From: Eledone cirrhosa
Taxonomy: Eukaryota
Assembly (NCBI GenBank): GCA_964016885.1
Contig: OZ024742.1
Coordinates: 47,492,001-47,556,000 of the forward strand
DNA length: 64,000 nucleotides
Direction: 5' to 3'
Position numbers and translations under genes: made by a program. Below, piece after piece: positions 1-16,071 of the stretch (position 1 is its first letter; each line of letters starts with the position of its first letter). Below the pieces are notes generated by a model. It was not told the DNA's origin and did no database searches. It saw nothing but the letters and a program-made list of their open reading frames with translations.

Positions 1-136
1 GGTACTTTATGTCATCGACCCCGTAAGGATGAAAGGCAAAGTTAACCTCGGCGGGATTTGAACTCAGAATGGCAAGGGCCGTAACTCTATGAGTCAAAAC
101 ATGGCCTCCGACCCTCTACCGATACTGCCAATCCAC
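1..136 (-). mobile_element. tRNA-derived SINE (partial, cut by window edge)
   Basis: Minus strand reads tRNA-like head, B-box-like GAGTTCAAATCCC, then GCCTTTCATCCTTACGGGGTCGAT core; same family as 4606, 15670, 15878, 29741, 45070 and 45292. Confidence 0.8.
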
Positions 137-1352
137 AATGTAGTACATACATCTACAGTGGTTAAACTGTATTTGTTCGAAAAATAACCAATATACAATA
201 TCTTACAAATGAGTTTTAAGGTGTGAAAACCACACCGACATACGCCCACGCACACACAGGCACAAACACAAACACACACACGCAGACACAGACACACACG
301 CAGGCACACACACACATAAATATAAGGAAAAAAAAGTGTAGGACATCTTTTTTATTGAAAAAAACCCTCATTTCCTTATATATATATATATATATTATAT
401 ATATACACACACATATATACATATATACACACACATATATATATACACACATACATACACACACACGCACACAACACACATACATACACGCACACACACA
501 CATATATATATATATATATTTATATATAATGTAAAACAGGTATAAGCATACTTATATACATGTATTACATGTATATACCGGAATTATATATTCAATACAA
601 AAGAATGGACTAACTATACTTACACCGTTTATACTATCCTTATTCGAACTTAATTTCAACGTAACTCTTGCTATTGAAAAAATGTAAATAGTTGTTGTCT
701 GTACCATACTGCACGTCCATTCACTCTAGAAAATGCGTCTTAACTATTCACATGTCTTTTGCATGTTTCCTAGGGGCAGATAGCTGAAACTATCTTAAAT
801 GACCTGTTTGTACTCTCGTACAAGATAATTTGAAATAATTGGTCAATCAAACAAGGGATGTTCAGGTTATAGTCCAGAAATCTATATGGAAACGTATTTT
901 GTAAAGTTCCAATTTGTTTAGAATAAAAAAAAAAAAATGCTGACGAATCTAAATTATAAACAACTATGGGGAAAATTACGATTACTTGTCTGTAAGTCAC
1001 TTTAGGGCTTTCGGTTGTTTTGATGAAAATGTCACCTCCATTACGATAGACAACTTTTTGGAAAAGTTCAAACTAAACAAGATATATGTATTCAGTAGTC
1101 ATGTTTACGAAAGTTTTCTTGCTTAAGAAGCTTTGAGGTTTTGAACTTTTACCATGATGCCGTGTTCGTCAATTACTCTTATATATTATTTCGTTATTTC
1201 ACCGAAGGAAATATATTCCACTACTATATGATTTCATCCAATATTAATAATATATGTAAACACTCATACATGTTTTTTCATCAGTCTATATCCTTCTCTC
1301 TCTGTCTGTATGTCTCTCTCTCTCCCTCTCCCCCTCTCTCTCTCTTTCACAA

Positions 1353-1477
<125 letters not shown>

Positions 1478-1629
1478 ATATATATATGTATGTATGTGTG
1501 TGTGAATGTGCTTGAATGTGCTTGATGATCCTTTGAGAATACAAGAACACTGGATTTGAGGACACATCTCACACCTGTAAACATCACACGGACATATATA
1601 TGTATGTATATATGTATATAGATAAATAT

Positions 1630-1722
<93 letters not shown>

Positions 1723-1773
1723 TGTGTGTGTGTGTGTATGTGTGTGTGTGTGTGTGAGTGTGTGTGTGTGTGT

Positions 1774-1804
<31 letters not shown>

Positions 1805-2560
1805 GTTGGTGTCTGAAGTACAAAAGTATAGTAAATAACAACGAATCACCACTACAGTTACTCGTTTTCTCTGTCACTTCCTCTCGGACACAAATACTTA
1901 CCGCAATGCTCTAGCCTGACAGACCCTTTACATGACATGCACTACATTTTAAATATAACGGATAGATGATAAATGATATTGGAGATAAGATAAACATAAA
2001 TTAACTCTGGCCTGTGACCTGAAGACGGCAACCTAAATTTAGATGACCATACTATACACTCACAGAAGGAAAGAGTCTTCATGTTTCAGGAACATGGTCA
2101 CGGAGGATATACACAGACCAAAGAAACAGACATTTATATGTGTATACCAGTGACTATGTCTGTGTGTATGTATGAGTGTATGCTTGCATGAATTGTCACT
2201 GTGTGTATATGTGTTTGTCTGAGTATGAATGTGTGTATGTGACTGACTGTATGTGTACGTGAGTGTGTGTGTAAACCATACAGGCTACGCCTCGAAAAGT
2301 TTCAAACATTCGTGTAAGGCAATAAATATCAATGTTAAAAAGATTCATGTTTCTGACATATATAATACAGCTGCTTAATAGTTCGAATACATTTATACAT
2401 ACCCAGACACACACACCCGCCCCCCCCCCCTACCACACGCACACTCATACACACAAACACACACATATATATATACATATATATATATATACATATGCAT
2501 ATATATATATAAATATATACATATATCCCCATATAGACCCATACGTATATGTATGTATTA

Positions 2561-3200
2561 TGTCAGGTCACCAGTTGGTGCTACTGGTAACATGTTTCCC
2601 AGTACAACCTGTCTCATGGTCGGGTCGTTGGCGACTAAACTGGCAACCCCACCAAGGTTTCTTGGTGAGGAGGGTGACTTTGGACATCCTGCAGGACTAA
2701 AAACGAAACCTGTCAAAGGGCAAAGGAGCTCTTAAGAGTCAATGGCCATCCAAAATCACCGGGAGAGATGACCCCTTTAGCCTTAGTCAAGGCAGAATTC
2801 TAGGAGAAGGAAAACTCTGATATAACACCTGCAACCCTGATGGTATCCAATGATGTTGACTTGTTCTTCTTTTTGGTAAATAGCATCTTGGTTAAGAGAG
2901 TGGGACTGGCTTTGTGCAGTGCCTTTGCTCACTATAAAAGCTTCACGGCACAGGCATTGCTTTATATCTGGAGATCTCTCTGCACTTGTCCTCACATGGG
3001 CCCAGCACTATGTGTCAATAATTGTCCTACCATGGGCCTAGCACTATGTGTCAATAATTGTCACAGGTGTAGTGTTTGTACCAGAGGTTTCAAGTCGCTG
3101 GCTGGACTAAAACGTCACACTCGTTCAGCGCTTCGGTAGGGGTTATCCTACATGGATGTAAAGTAGTGGCTGTACTCGAAAACGAGTTGGCAGCCACCAT
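2561..3200 (+). mobile_element. ~600-bp non-autonomous RTE-derived retroelement, copy 1
   Basis: Near-identical to copies at 3250, 23406, 24073 and 33165; contains RTE-like 5'UTR motif CTAGGAGAAGGAAAACTCTG, a C-terminal zinc-finger remnant [17 protein letters not shown], and ends GGCAGCCACCAT followed by (GTAT)n. Confidence 0.7.
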
Positions 3201-3249
3201 GTATGTATGTATGTATGTATGTATGTATGTATGTATGTATGTATGTATG

Positions 3250-3826
3250 TATCCCAGTACAACCTGTCCCATGGTCGGGTCGTTGGCGACTAAACTGGCA
3301 ACCCCACCAAGTTTTCTTGGTGAGGAGGGTGACTTTGGACATCCTGCAGGATTAAAAACAAAATCTGTCAAAGGGCTAAGGAGCTCTTAAGAGTCAATGG
3401 CCATCCAAAATCACCGGGAGAGATGACCCCTTAGCCTTTGTCAAGGCAGAATTCTAGGAGAAGGAAAACTCTTATATAAATCCTGCAACCCTGATGGTAT
3501 CCAATGATGTTGACTTGTTCTTCTTTTTGGTAAATATCATCTTGGTTAAGAGAGTGGGACTGGCTTTGTGCAGTGCCTTTGCTCACTATAAAAGCTTCAC
3601 GGCACAGGCATTGCTTTATATCAGGAGATCTCTCTGCACTTGTCGTCACATGGTACCATGGGCCCAGCACTATGTGTCTATAATTGTCACAAGTGTAGTG
3701 TTTGTACCAGAGTTTTCAAGTCGCTGGCTGGACTAAAAAGTCACACTCGTTCAGCGCATCGGTAGGGGTTCTCCTACATGGATATAAATTAGTGGCCGTA
3801 CTCGAAAACGAGTTGGCAGCCACCAT
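3250..3826 (+). mobile_element. RTE-derived non-autonomous element, copy 2 (5' truncated, tandem to copy 1)
   Basis: Direct repeat of 2597-3200, separated from copy 1 only by the (GTAT)n tail. Confidence 0.7.
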
Positions 3827-4605
3827 GTATGTATGTACTCCACGTTTTTCTTTAATGAAGCATGAAACTAAATACAGACTTTAAAAAAAAATGTCTCTGT
3901 AATTAATTAGTCCTATTGAAGATATAATATTTAAAAGTGACGAAAACAGAATAACAGACATAAACTAAACATAACAACAATAACAATAAATCTACATTGC
4001 AACACAATGTATAGAAATGAGAAACATATTTAGAGATATAGCAAAATGTTTTCACTATTAAAGTATACTAACTAATACTGTGGTAAAGTAGTGTCAGAGG
4101 TGTTAATAGCAAAGAAAGTGCATGTCTGTGTAATTCAATGTCGTATTTGTCTTATGGAATTCGTTACTTTTCAACGATATAAATGTTTAAACATATTTCT
4201 GCGTGTATCGGAATTAATGAAATTATAACAAATTCTACTGACTGGTCCATGCAAATAAGGAATGCGATGACTGAATGGCAATATTAATTATTTTTTTAGA
4301 CGTATCCTTAATTGCTATACAGGGGATAATCGTACATGCATATGTAAACAACAAGTCAATCAGAAACAGATAAGTAACGTATATGTACACAAAACAAAAT
4401 ACATAAACACCCGCATATCATCTGGAATTATCAAAGGGGATTGTAATTAATACGTATATCAAGAATTTAAGCAGCATCAAATGTGAACATATGCAGGCAC
4501 TTGAAGGAGACAAGCGAATCAGGGAAGTAGTACAAAGTGGTAAATGATATGATGATATGTTTTTAGGCAGAGGTAAAGTGCAGTAATTATTATTATTATT
4601 ATTAA

Positions 4606-4825
4606 GGTGGTGGGTTGGCAGCATTGGTGGAGGGTCGGACATGCTTTGCAGCATAGTTACATCCCTTTACGATCTAAGTTCAATCCCGCCGAGGTTAACG
4701 TTGCCTTTCATCCTTACGGGGTCGATAAAATAAAGTACCAGTCACGCACTGGAGTCGATTTAATCGACTTTCCCCTCCCCCAACATTGCTGGCCTTGTGC
4801 CTATATAAGAACAATTATTATTATT
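4606..4825 (+). mobile_element. tRNA-derived SINE
   Basis: GGTGGTGGGTTGGCAG head, GTTCAATCCC B-box, GCCTTTCATCCTTACGGGGTCGATAAAATAAAGTACCAG core, (ATT)n tail. Confidence 0.8.
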
Positions 4826-4829
4826 GTGT

Positions 4830-5155
4830 GCCCTCTTCCAGTTTTTCTACACCTGTCGATTGGAGTGGAAAAACTGTGAGAGGGCACTCTGACACTGCGG
4901 CCAGGGTGACCATAGGGCACTCTGACACTGCGGCCAGGGTGACCATGACTTTAGTGGGATTTCTACATGTGTGACATTTAGATTCTCCTCACCTTTTATG
5001 AATTTGTTATGTTTGTTTCAAATGTGTATTTTCTTAGTCTCTGTTATACATATTATTTTACACAAAGAAAAATCCACACCGCATGGTCCGGTAGCGTCTT
5101 TAATATTTCCTTAAAGTGTGCCATTTGTGGCTAATAAAGAAATTATTATTATCAT
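4830..5155 (+). mobile_element. 3' UTR fragment of a Tx1/L1-like LINE
   Basis: Ends GTGGCTAATAAAGAAA + (TTA)n, matching the 3' termini of the Tx1-like copies at 45499, 50077 and 52731; includes a 33-bp tandem duplication at ~4881-4946. Confidence 0.45.
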
Positions 5156-5731
5156 TATTGTTGCTTATCATTACTGCTTTACCGAGCACAGCTCTGTGTG
5201 CCTTGGCTATGAGCAGTGTAGATTTTGCTGCTGTTGATTCTATTGTATTTTTAGTACTTCTCGTAATATGTGTATATATTTGTAAGTCCTGGGGTTTTGG
5301 TTATGTATTTGTCTTTTTTAATCATATAGGTATTGTTTACATTTTCCACATTCGAGTTATTTCTATCTCTTGATCTTTATATTTGAAGAGTTGTTCCATT
5401 CCATTGGAAGATATATTGTCGTCTGTGAAGATTGGTACATCTATTAGAAAACAATTGTTACTTTGTGGTGTTGTACTATATGTTATGTAATTGTAAGAAG
5501 AATGTGTATTGGTGGTAGTTAAATAATATACATAAAGAGAAAATATATAGAGGCCACAATAGTAATTTGTTTTCGCATTAATGATAATTCTGATGATATG
5601 TAGGTGCTTATGTATTGAGTTTCGTGTAAGAAAATGTTAAGTAACCATTTCTCATCGACCTGTTGTTTACATACGAATGTACGATTATCACCTGTATAGA
5701 AACGATCGCATTTAATTACATAACCCTGGTT

Positions 5732-5788
<57 letters not shown>

Positions 5789-6274
5789 TATGTAAAGATT
5801 GGGATAAAGGGAAAGAATAGAACAAAACTATGTATGTTTGTTAACTGGTGACCTTGTTTTACATATTATCATACGTACCAACTCAATCAGGTGAACAATT
5901 CAACTCTTTACGGAAATATATTTTATTCATAATTTGTCGATTATTCTCTTGTCTTTCCATCAGAAATAAAAATTATTTTGGTTTCTGTAAGAAATGAAAG
6001 CAATTCGAATGCACTTAAAATAACAGAAATTTGAGTTCGGAAAAAAAATGTAATATTCATTTGAATGTTTACACCTTTAATGTGAAATTTACATAGACGA
6101 CCATAATAATATATTAAAAAAAAATATAGATTGCACGGCTCCTAATGTTAATTGTATGTTAATCACTGTTTGATATATACAGTAATGAATTATGTAGGTA
6201 TCTATATATGTATCTGTTAAAATACCTCTTTCCTGTTCCATTATTTCAATATATATATATATATATATATATAT

Positions 6275-6466
6275 TGTCTCCGTAGGAAACGCAAAGGAAC
6301 GGAGAGTGCTCTATTTAGGCTACAGAATGTTTAGTTATGTAATAAACAACATAAGGCAATTATTCTATTTACCAAAGGTGTCAGAAAGACAGCCGTCTGT
6401 GTCAAGCTCGTCTGTCTTCGTGAAACGTTTGGTAAATGGAATAATTGTCTTATGCTGTGTATTACA

Positions 6467-6472
<6 letters not shown>
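6275..6472. repeat. Short fold-back element (hairpin 6332-6472) between (TA)n tracts
   Basis: TAGTTATGTAAT...TTACCAAA arm is the reverse complement of TTTGGTAAAT...ATTACATAACTA; unpaired tail with GAGTGCTC on the left. Confidence 0.7.
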
Positions 6473-6526
<54 letters not shown>

Positions 6527-6528
<2 letters not shown>

Positions 6529-7343
6529 AACGAGTAGGACCCCGACGGCTGAGCTCAAGCCGTTTCGGCGGCTAATTCTGGACTAAATGAACATTTTTAT
6601 CCTGTTAAATGAATAGCCGAACTACTCGGGGGGAGGGGGGGGTAATTCCATATATGGTAAAAGTGATTGTCACAAGGATTTGTCAAAAGTTTGTTGTTGA
6701 GACACATGATTCTACCATGGCATTTTGTGGAAGGTAGGGGTAGCTGAACTTGCCAATAGAAGAAAGAGGGAGAGGGGGTAGAGGGAACCCAGTCGAGCGT
6801 TGAGTGACAACTACAGCAGATTCAAAGGATAGGAGGTTGAAAAAAGTATACTAGAGAAGGGGAGGGGAGGAAGTCGAAACAATAAGTAAATCTATATGGA
6901 GTAAATATATAGATTTACTTATTGTTTCGACTTCCTCCCTTCTCCTTCTCTAGTATACTTTTTTCAACCTCCTATCCTTTGAATCTGCTATAGTTGTCAC
7001 TTTCAACGCTCGACTGGGTTTCCTCCAATCCCTCTCCCTCTTTCTTCTACTGGCAAGTTCAGCTACCCCTACCTTCCACAAAATGCCATGGTAGAATCAT
7101 GTGTCTCAACAACAAACTTTTGAACAATCCTTGTGATAATCACTTTTACCATATATGGAATTACCCCCTGAGAACTTCGGCTATTCATTTAACAGGATAA
7201 ACATTTTCATTTAGTCCAGAATTAGCCATCGAAACGGCTTGAGCTCAGCTGTCGGGGTCCTACTCGTTCCTATTACCCACTCTACTACCCTAAGTATTGA
7301 GTACTTTGATGCGTTATGGTCCATCCTTACCACATTTCCTTCG

Positions 7344-7345
<2 letters not shown>
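6527..7345. mobile_element. ~740-bp fold-back element (arms 6527-6897 / 6907-7270) with one-sided tail; probable Penelope-like pLTR derivative
   Basis: Arms are reverse complements with scattered mismatches around a 9-nt loop; (TA)n on both sides; tail 7271-7345 is homologous to 27265-27345. Confidence 0.75.
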
Positions 7346-7408
<63 letters not shown>

Positions 7409-7413
<5 letters not shown>

Positions 7414-7722
7414 ATATTAAATAAATGGAAACTATATTTATAAAACCATATTTATTTTATAAGATATATTTCAAGGGTAACCGAGTCAACATTGGTACGC
7501 CTTCATCAGAACAAATACAAAGTTTGATGAAAGCGTACCAATGTTGTCTTGGTTACCCTTGACATATATATAATAAAATAAATATGGTTTTATAAATATA
7601 GTTTCCATTTATTAAATATCATTGAATATTTACTCCAGTAAACTGTTGAGTGCACTAAATCAGTTATAAACATTTATGTATGTCGGACTTCCAACAAATT
7701 AAATACCACTTCTACTTATCTG
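7409..7722. mobile_element. Fold-back element with hammerhead core (hairpin 7409-7624 plus tail)
   Basis: Left arm on minus strand reads CTGATGA-aggcgtacc...ggttaccctt-GAAA-tatat; right arm copy mutated; same family as 13440-13991. Confidence 0.7.
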
Positions 7723-7767
7723 TATATATATATATATATATATTTATGTATATATATATATTATACA

Positions 7768-8228
7768 CACTAGCAGAAAAACCACTCTTCGGGTAGTTTT
7801 CTGCCGTCATCCGAAGTAAGCATATTGATATTATGTAAATATGATATATAATTGAGAATACGTAATTGACAATATCCACAGAAATTGAATCGAAGACTGC
7901 GTTACATTGTCCTGTGTAATCAGTAACGTAATCCATGATTCATTAAAAAATGACGATATTATATATAAACTGAATTAGGAGAAAATAAGTGACGGAAATA
8001 TATGAATGTTTATTTAAGCGATCGCTAACCGGAAGTGTTGGCATTTGAAAATTTTAAAGAAGTGAATCTTAAAATAAACAACAAAATTATTCATATTTAA
8101 TCAAGAATAACGAAATTTAGTAGATAAATTATGTAATATTCATTCAAAGTAATCCAACTTATTTTACAAGAGGGATAAAAAATATATTCTGAACGCAGTC
8201 CCGCACTCTATACTTTATTATGGTTTAT
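7768..8228 (-). mobile_element. Non-autonomous Helitron-like element
   Basis: Minus strand ends in hairpin GCAGAAAACTAC-CCGAAGA-GTGGTTTTCTGC followed by TAGT (CTAG terminus); other end not clearly defined. Confidence 0.4.
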
Positions 8229-8241
8229 ATATATATATATG

Positions 8242-8344
<103 letters not shown>

Positions 8345-8364
8345 TTTATATATATATATAAATA

Positions 8365-8938
<574 letters not shown>

Positions 8939-8979
8939 TTTACATATATATATATACACGCACACACATATATATATTC

Positions 8980-9013
<34 letters not shown>

Positions 9014-11078
9014 AATTAAGAGAGTAAAACAAAGAATCCTTTAATACATCAAAAGTTTTTATTAGCCGACAATGTTTCGTCCTATTAAGGACTCATCACG
9101 GCAACCAAAACAACAAGAGGTAATATCGGCAGATACAAGCCAGAAACTCTGAAGAATATGGAATGTACATACACTAATGTCTTACAAAAATATATGATAA
9201 TAAAAATGAAAATAAAGATAAAAATAATAAAAATATATAATAAGAATAACTAAGGATGTAGATAACATTTAGAACTATATTACAAATATAGTCCAAAGCA
9301 ACCAACCTAAATCTAAACAAATTTGGTTATATAGAGCAGGAATTATATATAACACAATATAATACATTATAATAATAATATACTTTTACCAACATTAAAA
9401 TTCCAAATTAAAAATCAAAAGGTACAATATATACATGTATATATGTGCGCACACACACACACACACACACACATATAACAACCCACACATCTATGTTCGA
9501 CTACACAAAAATTAAGCCCTATTAGAAGTTTGAATATTAAAAATAAGCATGGTAAGAGTGAAAATAATACTAATACATCTACCCAATATACATGAGGCAA
9601 TAATATGATATAATTACAAGAAACACATATAACAAATAATAAACAACAAAATTATATAATCAATATAATATAATAAAATAGATAATCCACGGTTAATTTA
9701 CAGAAACAATATAGATGTCACAATAAAATACAATGATAAAACGTTAACAGTGTATTAACATGTACCATAAACAATATATACAAATTGATTCATACTGGGT
9801 TACAGAATAAATGAGGAAATATAAATTATATAATACTCAAAAAAACTATAATGGTACAGGGAAAAAATTATGATGTTACAGAAAAAAATATGATGTTACA
9901 GAAAAAAATATATACAGACATCTAACATGATATGTAAAGTCTAAATATCATAATGTTACATATTACAATATTACAAAAATCCAGACATATTACATGATAT
10001 ATAAAGTTTAAATATTATAATGTTACATATAATGAACAGTAAGTAATAAGGATCAATATTACATATAATATAATATAATATATTATAAAATTGGCATAAA
10101 ATATATAAATACTTATAATTACAAGGTTAGTAGACAGACATATGTGGATGAGTGAGCGAAGCCAGACAGTGAATAGTAAATAGAATATAGAATAAAACAA
10201 ATAAATACAATCAACCGGAAATTACAAAACAAAAGCAAATGTATACACATTTAGGCCTCGCGTGCATTTAAGAAATTAGGTAAACACTAAGGAAAGCAAT
10301 CATTTTAATTGACTCCAAACCCTATTTGATAAATTAATATTAAAAATATCGAACCCGTCCAATAAGGTAGTATAATATTAGCTGTAGTTTAAGTCATTAA
10401 AGTATATAAACTATAATGTATCGTTACAAATGTTTACAAAAAGGAATAAAATTACATTATCATATACGAAACGATATCTAAAAAACTGACTTAAGTAGAA
10501 TTAAGGTAGGCTAATGGGGACAGAATTGACGAAATATATGGAGGGTGCGAAGTGGCATAAAATATATTCGATATACTATAATAAATAATAGAACGGAGCA
10601 TAAAAGAGGGGGGGGGGGTTAAATATAATCATATTCAATCTGGAGGGGTTGACAATAAGTTTACGTGCGCATGGGGGGGGGGGGGGGTCGATAGATAAAT
10701 CAGAATAGACTTAGAAATAAAAATAGAATTACAAATAAAATTAAAATTAAAATTAAAGTTAATAATAATAAAAACATAAAGATAATAGAATAACGTAAGT
10801 GGCGTAAAGTGTGTAATCTTATGTATACTAACAAGGTGTAATAGTGAAGACATAGATATGGTACAGTAGCCAAATGATTGTTGTTTTGATTGCCCTGATG
10901 AGTCCTTAATAGGACGAAACATTGTCGGCTAATAAAAACTTTTGATGTATTAAGGATTCTTTGTTTTACTCTCTTAATTTTTTGGCTCTGTTTAACTGCA
11001 TTGAGCTATACCTTTTACTGTCATTTCTATAATACGAAGAGGGTGTTTGACTCAAACACGCTCCAGTATTCTAATCCT
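9014..11078 (+). mobile_element. ~2-kb non-coding element with ~100-bp terminal inverted repeats carrying hammerhead ribozymes
   Basis: 9014-9116 is the reverse complement of 10877-10979; AT-rich non-coding interior; one-sided tail 10980-11078; (TA)n on both flanks. Confidence 0.75.
10892..10929 (+). ncRNA. Type I hammerhead ribozyme (canonical core)
   Basis: GCC-CTGATGA-GTCCT taat AGGAC-GAAA-CATTG-TC-GGC; predicted cleavage after C10926. Confidence 0.85.
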
Positions 11079-11109
<31 letters not shown>

Positions 11110-11436
11110 CAAAATGTTAACAAATGAAAAATATTCTCATAATCAAAATATATAATTTATTATATATATTTAGGTACTGTGTTCTTTTTTCATTACGTCC
11201 TCACCAGACAACATATTTGATTTGATATATAACATACCGCTACGGTCTTGATTATCCAATTCCAGTATTGGCAGTGATTTATTTCATCAACTCTCAACGT
11301 TTTTTTTAATACCACAAATAATATGATAAACTTAAAGAAGAAAAGGACGTACAGCAAATTAGAGATATAAGAGGGTAGCTTCTAATCTATTGTAAAATTG
11401 TATTCGTTGAGAAATCAATGAACCATACGAATCTTC

Positions 11437-11549
<113 letters not shown>

Positions 11550-11555
11550 TATATT

Positions 11556-11594
<39 letters not shown>

Positions 11595-11629
11595 ATACAT
11601 ATATACATATATATATACATATATATATA

Positions 11630-12620
11630 AATAAAATTAGTCCTTCGTCAGTGATCTTTCACCCCTCATTGGTATTTCTTCGCTTTAAAGATCATATACC
11701 TCTGGTTCATGCGATCAATAACTAAAGAAAGTTATTGGGACACGCAAATGGGGTGAAGCGAGCGAGACATGTACACAAACATAGATGGTAATGCAACGGA
11801 AAGAGAGGAAGAGAAGAGATATTTCCGTGATATCTATGAACTTAAGCTAGGTGAAATCAAAGACGAGAAGTAGAGACCATCCGACCATTCCAGATGTGAG
11901 CGAGAAAAGGATTTTACACAGATCAAACCGGAGGAAGTGAGAGAGGGTGAGAAGCGGGGAGTGAGTGTGTGAAAGGGTGAGGAAGAGGCCTGCTGAGAGA
12001 GAGAGAGTGACTCATTATACCTCTGGTTGGTGCGAGCAATAACTGAAAAAAAGTTATTGGGACACGTAAATTGGGGTGAAGCGAGCGAGACATGTAAACA
12101 AACGCAGATGGTAATGCAACGGATAGATAGGAAGAGAAGAGAAAAGTCCGTGATATCTATGAGCTTAAGCTCGGTGAAATCATAGACGAGAGGTAAAGAC
12201 CATCCGTCTCGGGTGAGATATGAGCGAGAAAAAGATTTCACACAGGTCAAACGGGAGGAAGTGAGAGAAGGCAGAAGCAGAGAGTGAGTGAGTGAAAGTG
12301 TGAGGAAGAGGCCAGCTGAGAGAGAGTGACTGGCAGAGGGGGTAAAAAGATGGTGATAGATACAGAGAAAGGGGAAGCAGTAAGAAAGAAACAGAGAGGT
12401 CACAGCGGAGGAAAAAATATAAATATATGAAAAATGGCGTGATGCGTGGTTGTACATGGGTTACATATGAATAAAATTAGTCCTTCATCAGTGATCTTCC
12501 AGCCTTCATTGGTATTACTTCTGGTTGGTGCGAGCAATAACCAAAGAAAGTTATTGGGACACGTAAATAGGGTGATGGGAGCGAGACATGTAAAGAAACA
12601 TAGATGGTAATGGAACGGAA
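11630..12620 (-). repeat. Partially tandem-duplicated non-coding element with hammerhead 5' half-cores, flanked by (TA)n
   Basis: 11630-11800 repeats at 12470-12620; internal ~320-bp direct repeat (11695-12010 / 12015-12330); minus strand GATCA-CTGAYGA-AGGAC at ~11650 and ~12490; related to 42551-42980. Confidence 0.55.
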
Positions 12621-12660
12621 TATATACATATATATATACATACATATACATATATATATA

Positions 12661-13430
<770 letters not shown>

Positions 13431-13440
13431 TATATATATA

Positions 13441-14285
<845 letters not shown>

Positions 14286-14294
14286 TTATATATG

Positions 14295-14393
<99 letters not shown>

Positions 14394-14489
14394 ATATACA
14401 TTTATATGCTAGCGTGGAAGAACGGACGTAAAACGGTGATGATGATGATAATGATACAGCCACTCACACACTCACACACACACACTTTC

Positions 14490-14534
<45 letters not shown>

Positions 14535-15669
14535 TGTGAGTGTGTATGTGTGTGTGTGTGTTAATTGGAACACGGGGTAAAGTTCCATACAAATAAAAGT
14601 CTATAGTTAAAAAATAAGAGTGCAAAAGCGCAGACTTTTTTTAAGATTACTTATTCTTTGATTCGACAGAATGAATATTCTTATAATTGTTACATTAAAT
14701 TTGTTAAATAGTACCGGTTTCAATCAGTTTGTCAATCTTATCAAATATTTATAACGTTTACTCTCTTATTCTTTGAGCAGTTAGAATACATGTGAAATTT
14801 ATGTCAAAATATTTCTATGTATATGCTCCTTAATAAGGTGGGGTGGTGAAAGAGAAAATGGGTAACAACAGGTCAGTATTCAAATGAATTCTCTTGGTTA
14901 AAATAAAACATTCTTTTACTACATGTAATGTTTCTGATGGGTGTTTTTTTTTGAGAGTGTGTGTGATTGTGTTCATTTAGGTAGGGTTCAATTCCGTCAA
15001 GCATTTGTGTCAAAAAGTCAGATTATTTTCAGTGTGTGTGAACGTGTCTAGAAATAGCTAAGATTGGATACAGAAAGCTTCTTTTGTCTTGTGGAGTGTG
15101 TATGTGTACGTGGTGTTTCATTGTTTCAAGCGATCAAGATTATTTTGAGAGTTAACAGATAAGGGAAGTAAAAATAAAAATATGAATACAAATATAGGTA
15201 AAAGCATGATTGAAAGGTGTTCTTGTGGGTACAAAGAATGGGGTTTTGAAGGATTTGTAACGAGCAAAAAGAAAAGAGGAAACTAGAAAGAAAGAGAAAA
15301 AAAGGGGGAAAAGGTTTATTTGCGTATATTACACCCATTTACAAGTCAGACTTTCACTTTCCTATTTATATGAGACATAGAACTCTGTTTTGGGAGATCA
15401 TAAGATCATGATTTAAAACATGATCCTGTATATAATGTAGTTTCGGCTATCTTTCTCTTCAATAACTGGTTTTTCTCTTGTCGGTGAGTTAAAGAGGATA
15501 CGATATTACATCACAGAGACCCATGACCATCATATATTTCTGTAATAGCACTGCCGAAAATATTGTATCATCTAATCACATATATGTTCAGAATAATTTG
15601 TTCATGTACAATTGTCGTAATTTTCACGTTTAGATATTTAAGAACAAATGACATTTTCATAATCTAGTA

Positions 15670-16071
15670 ATAATTGCTTATACATTTGGCACGAGGCCAG
15701 CTCTTAACCCAGTGCATTACTGGTTCTTTATTTTATCGACCCCTTAAGGATGAAAGACATAGTTAAGTTCAGAGGGTTTGAACTCAGAACGTAAAGGGCC
15801 ATAACCCTATACTGCAAAGCATGGTGTCTGACGCTCTACTGATACTGCCAATCCACCGCCTTCTAGTAATCTAGTAATAATTGTTTCTAATTTTGGCACG
15901 AGGCCATCAAATATCGCAGTGCATTACTGGTACTTTTATTTTATCCACCCTGTAACGATGAAAGGCAAAGTTAACCTAGGTGGGATTTGAACTCAGACCG
16001 TAAAGGGGCGTAACTCTATGCTGTAAAGCATGATGTCCGATGCTCTACTGCTACTTCCAATCCACCACCTA
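15670..16071 (-). mobile_element. Two tandem tRNA-derived SINE copies (15670-15861, 15878-16071)
   Basis: Both carry the GGATGAAAG...TTTGAACTCAG...CCAATCCAC SINE sequence in reverse. Confidence 0.8.

Noticed and set aside
2840-3139. Host C2H2 zinc-finger gene
   Set aside because: Single finger inside a multi-copy repeat, frameshifted differently among copies; better explained as an RTE ORF C-terminus
4606-4700. tRNA gene
   Set aside because: tRNA-like head of a multi-copy SINE; no complete cloverleaf
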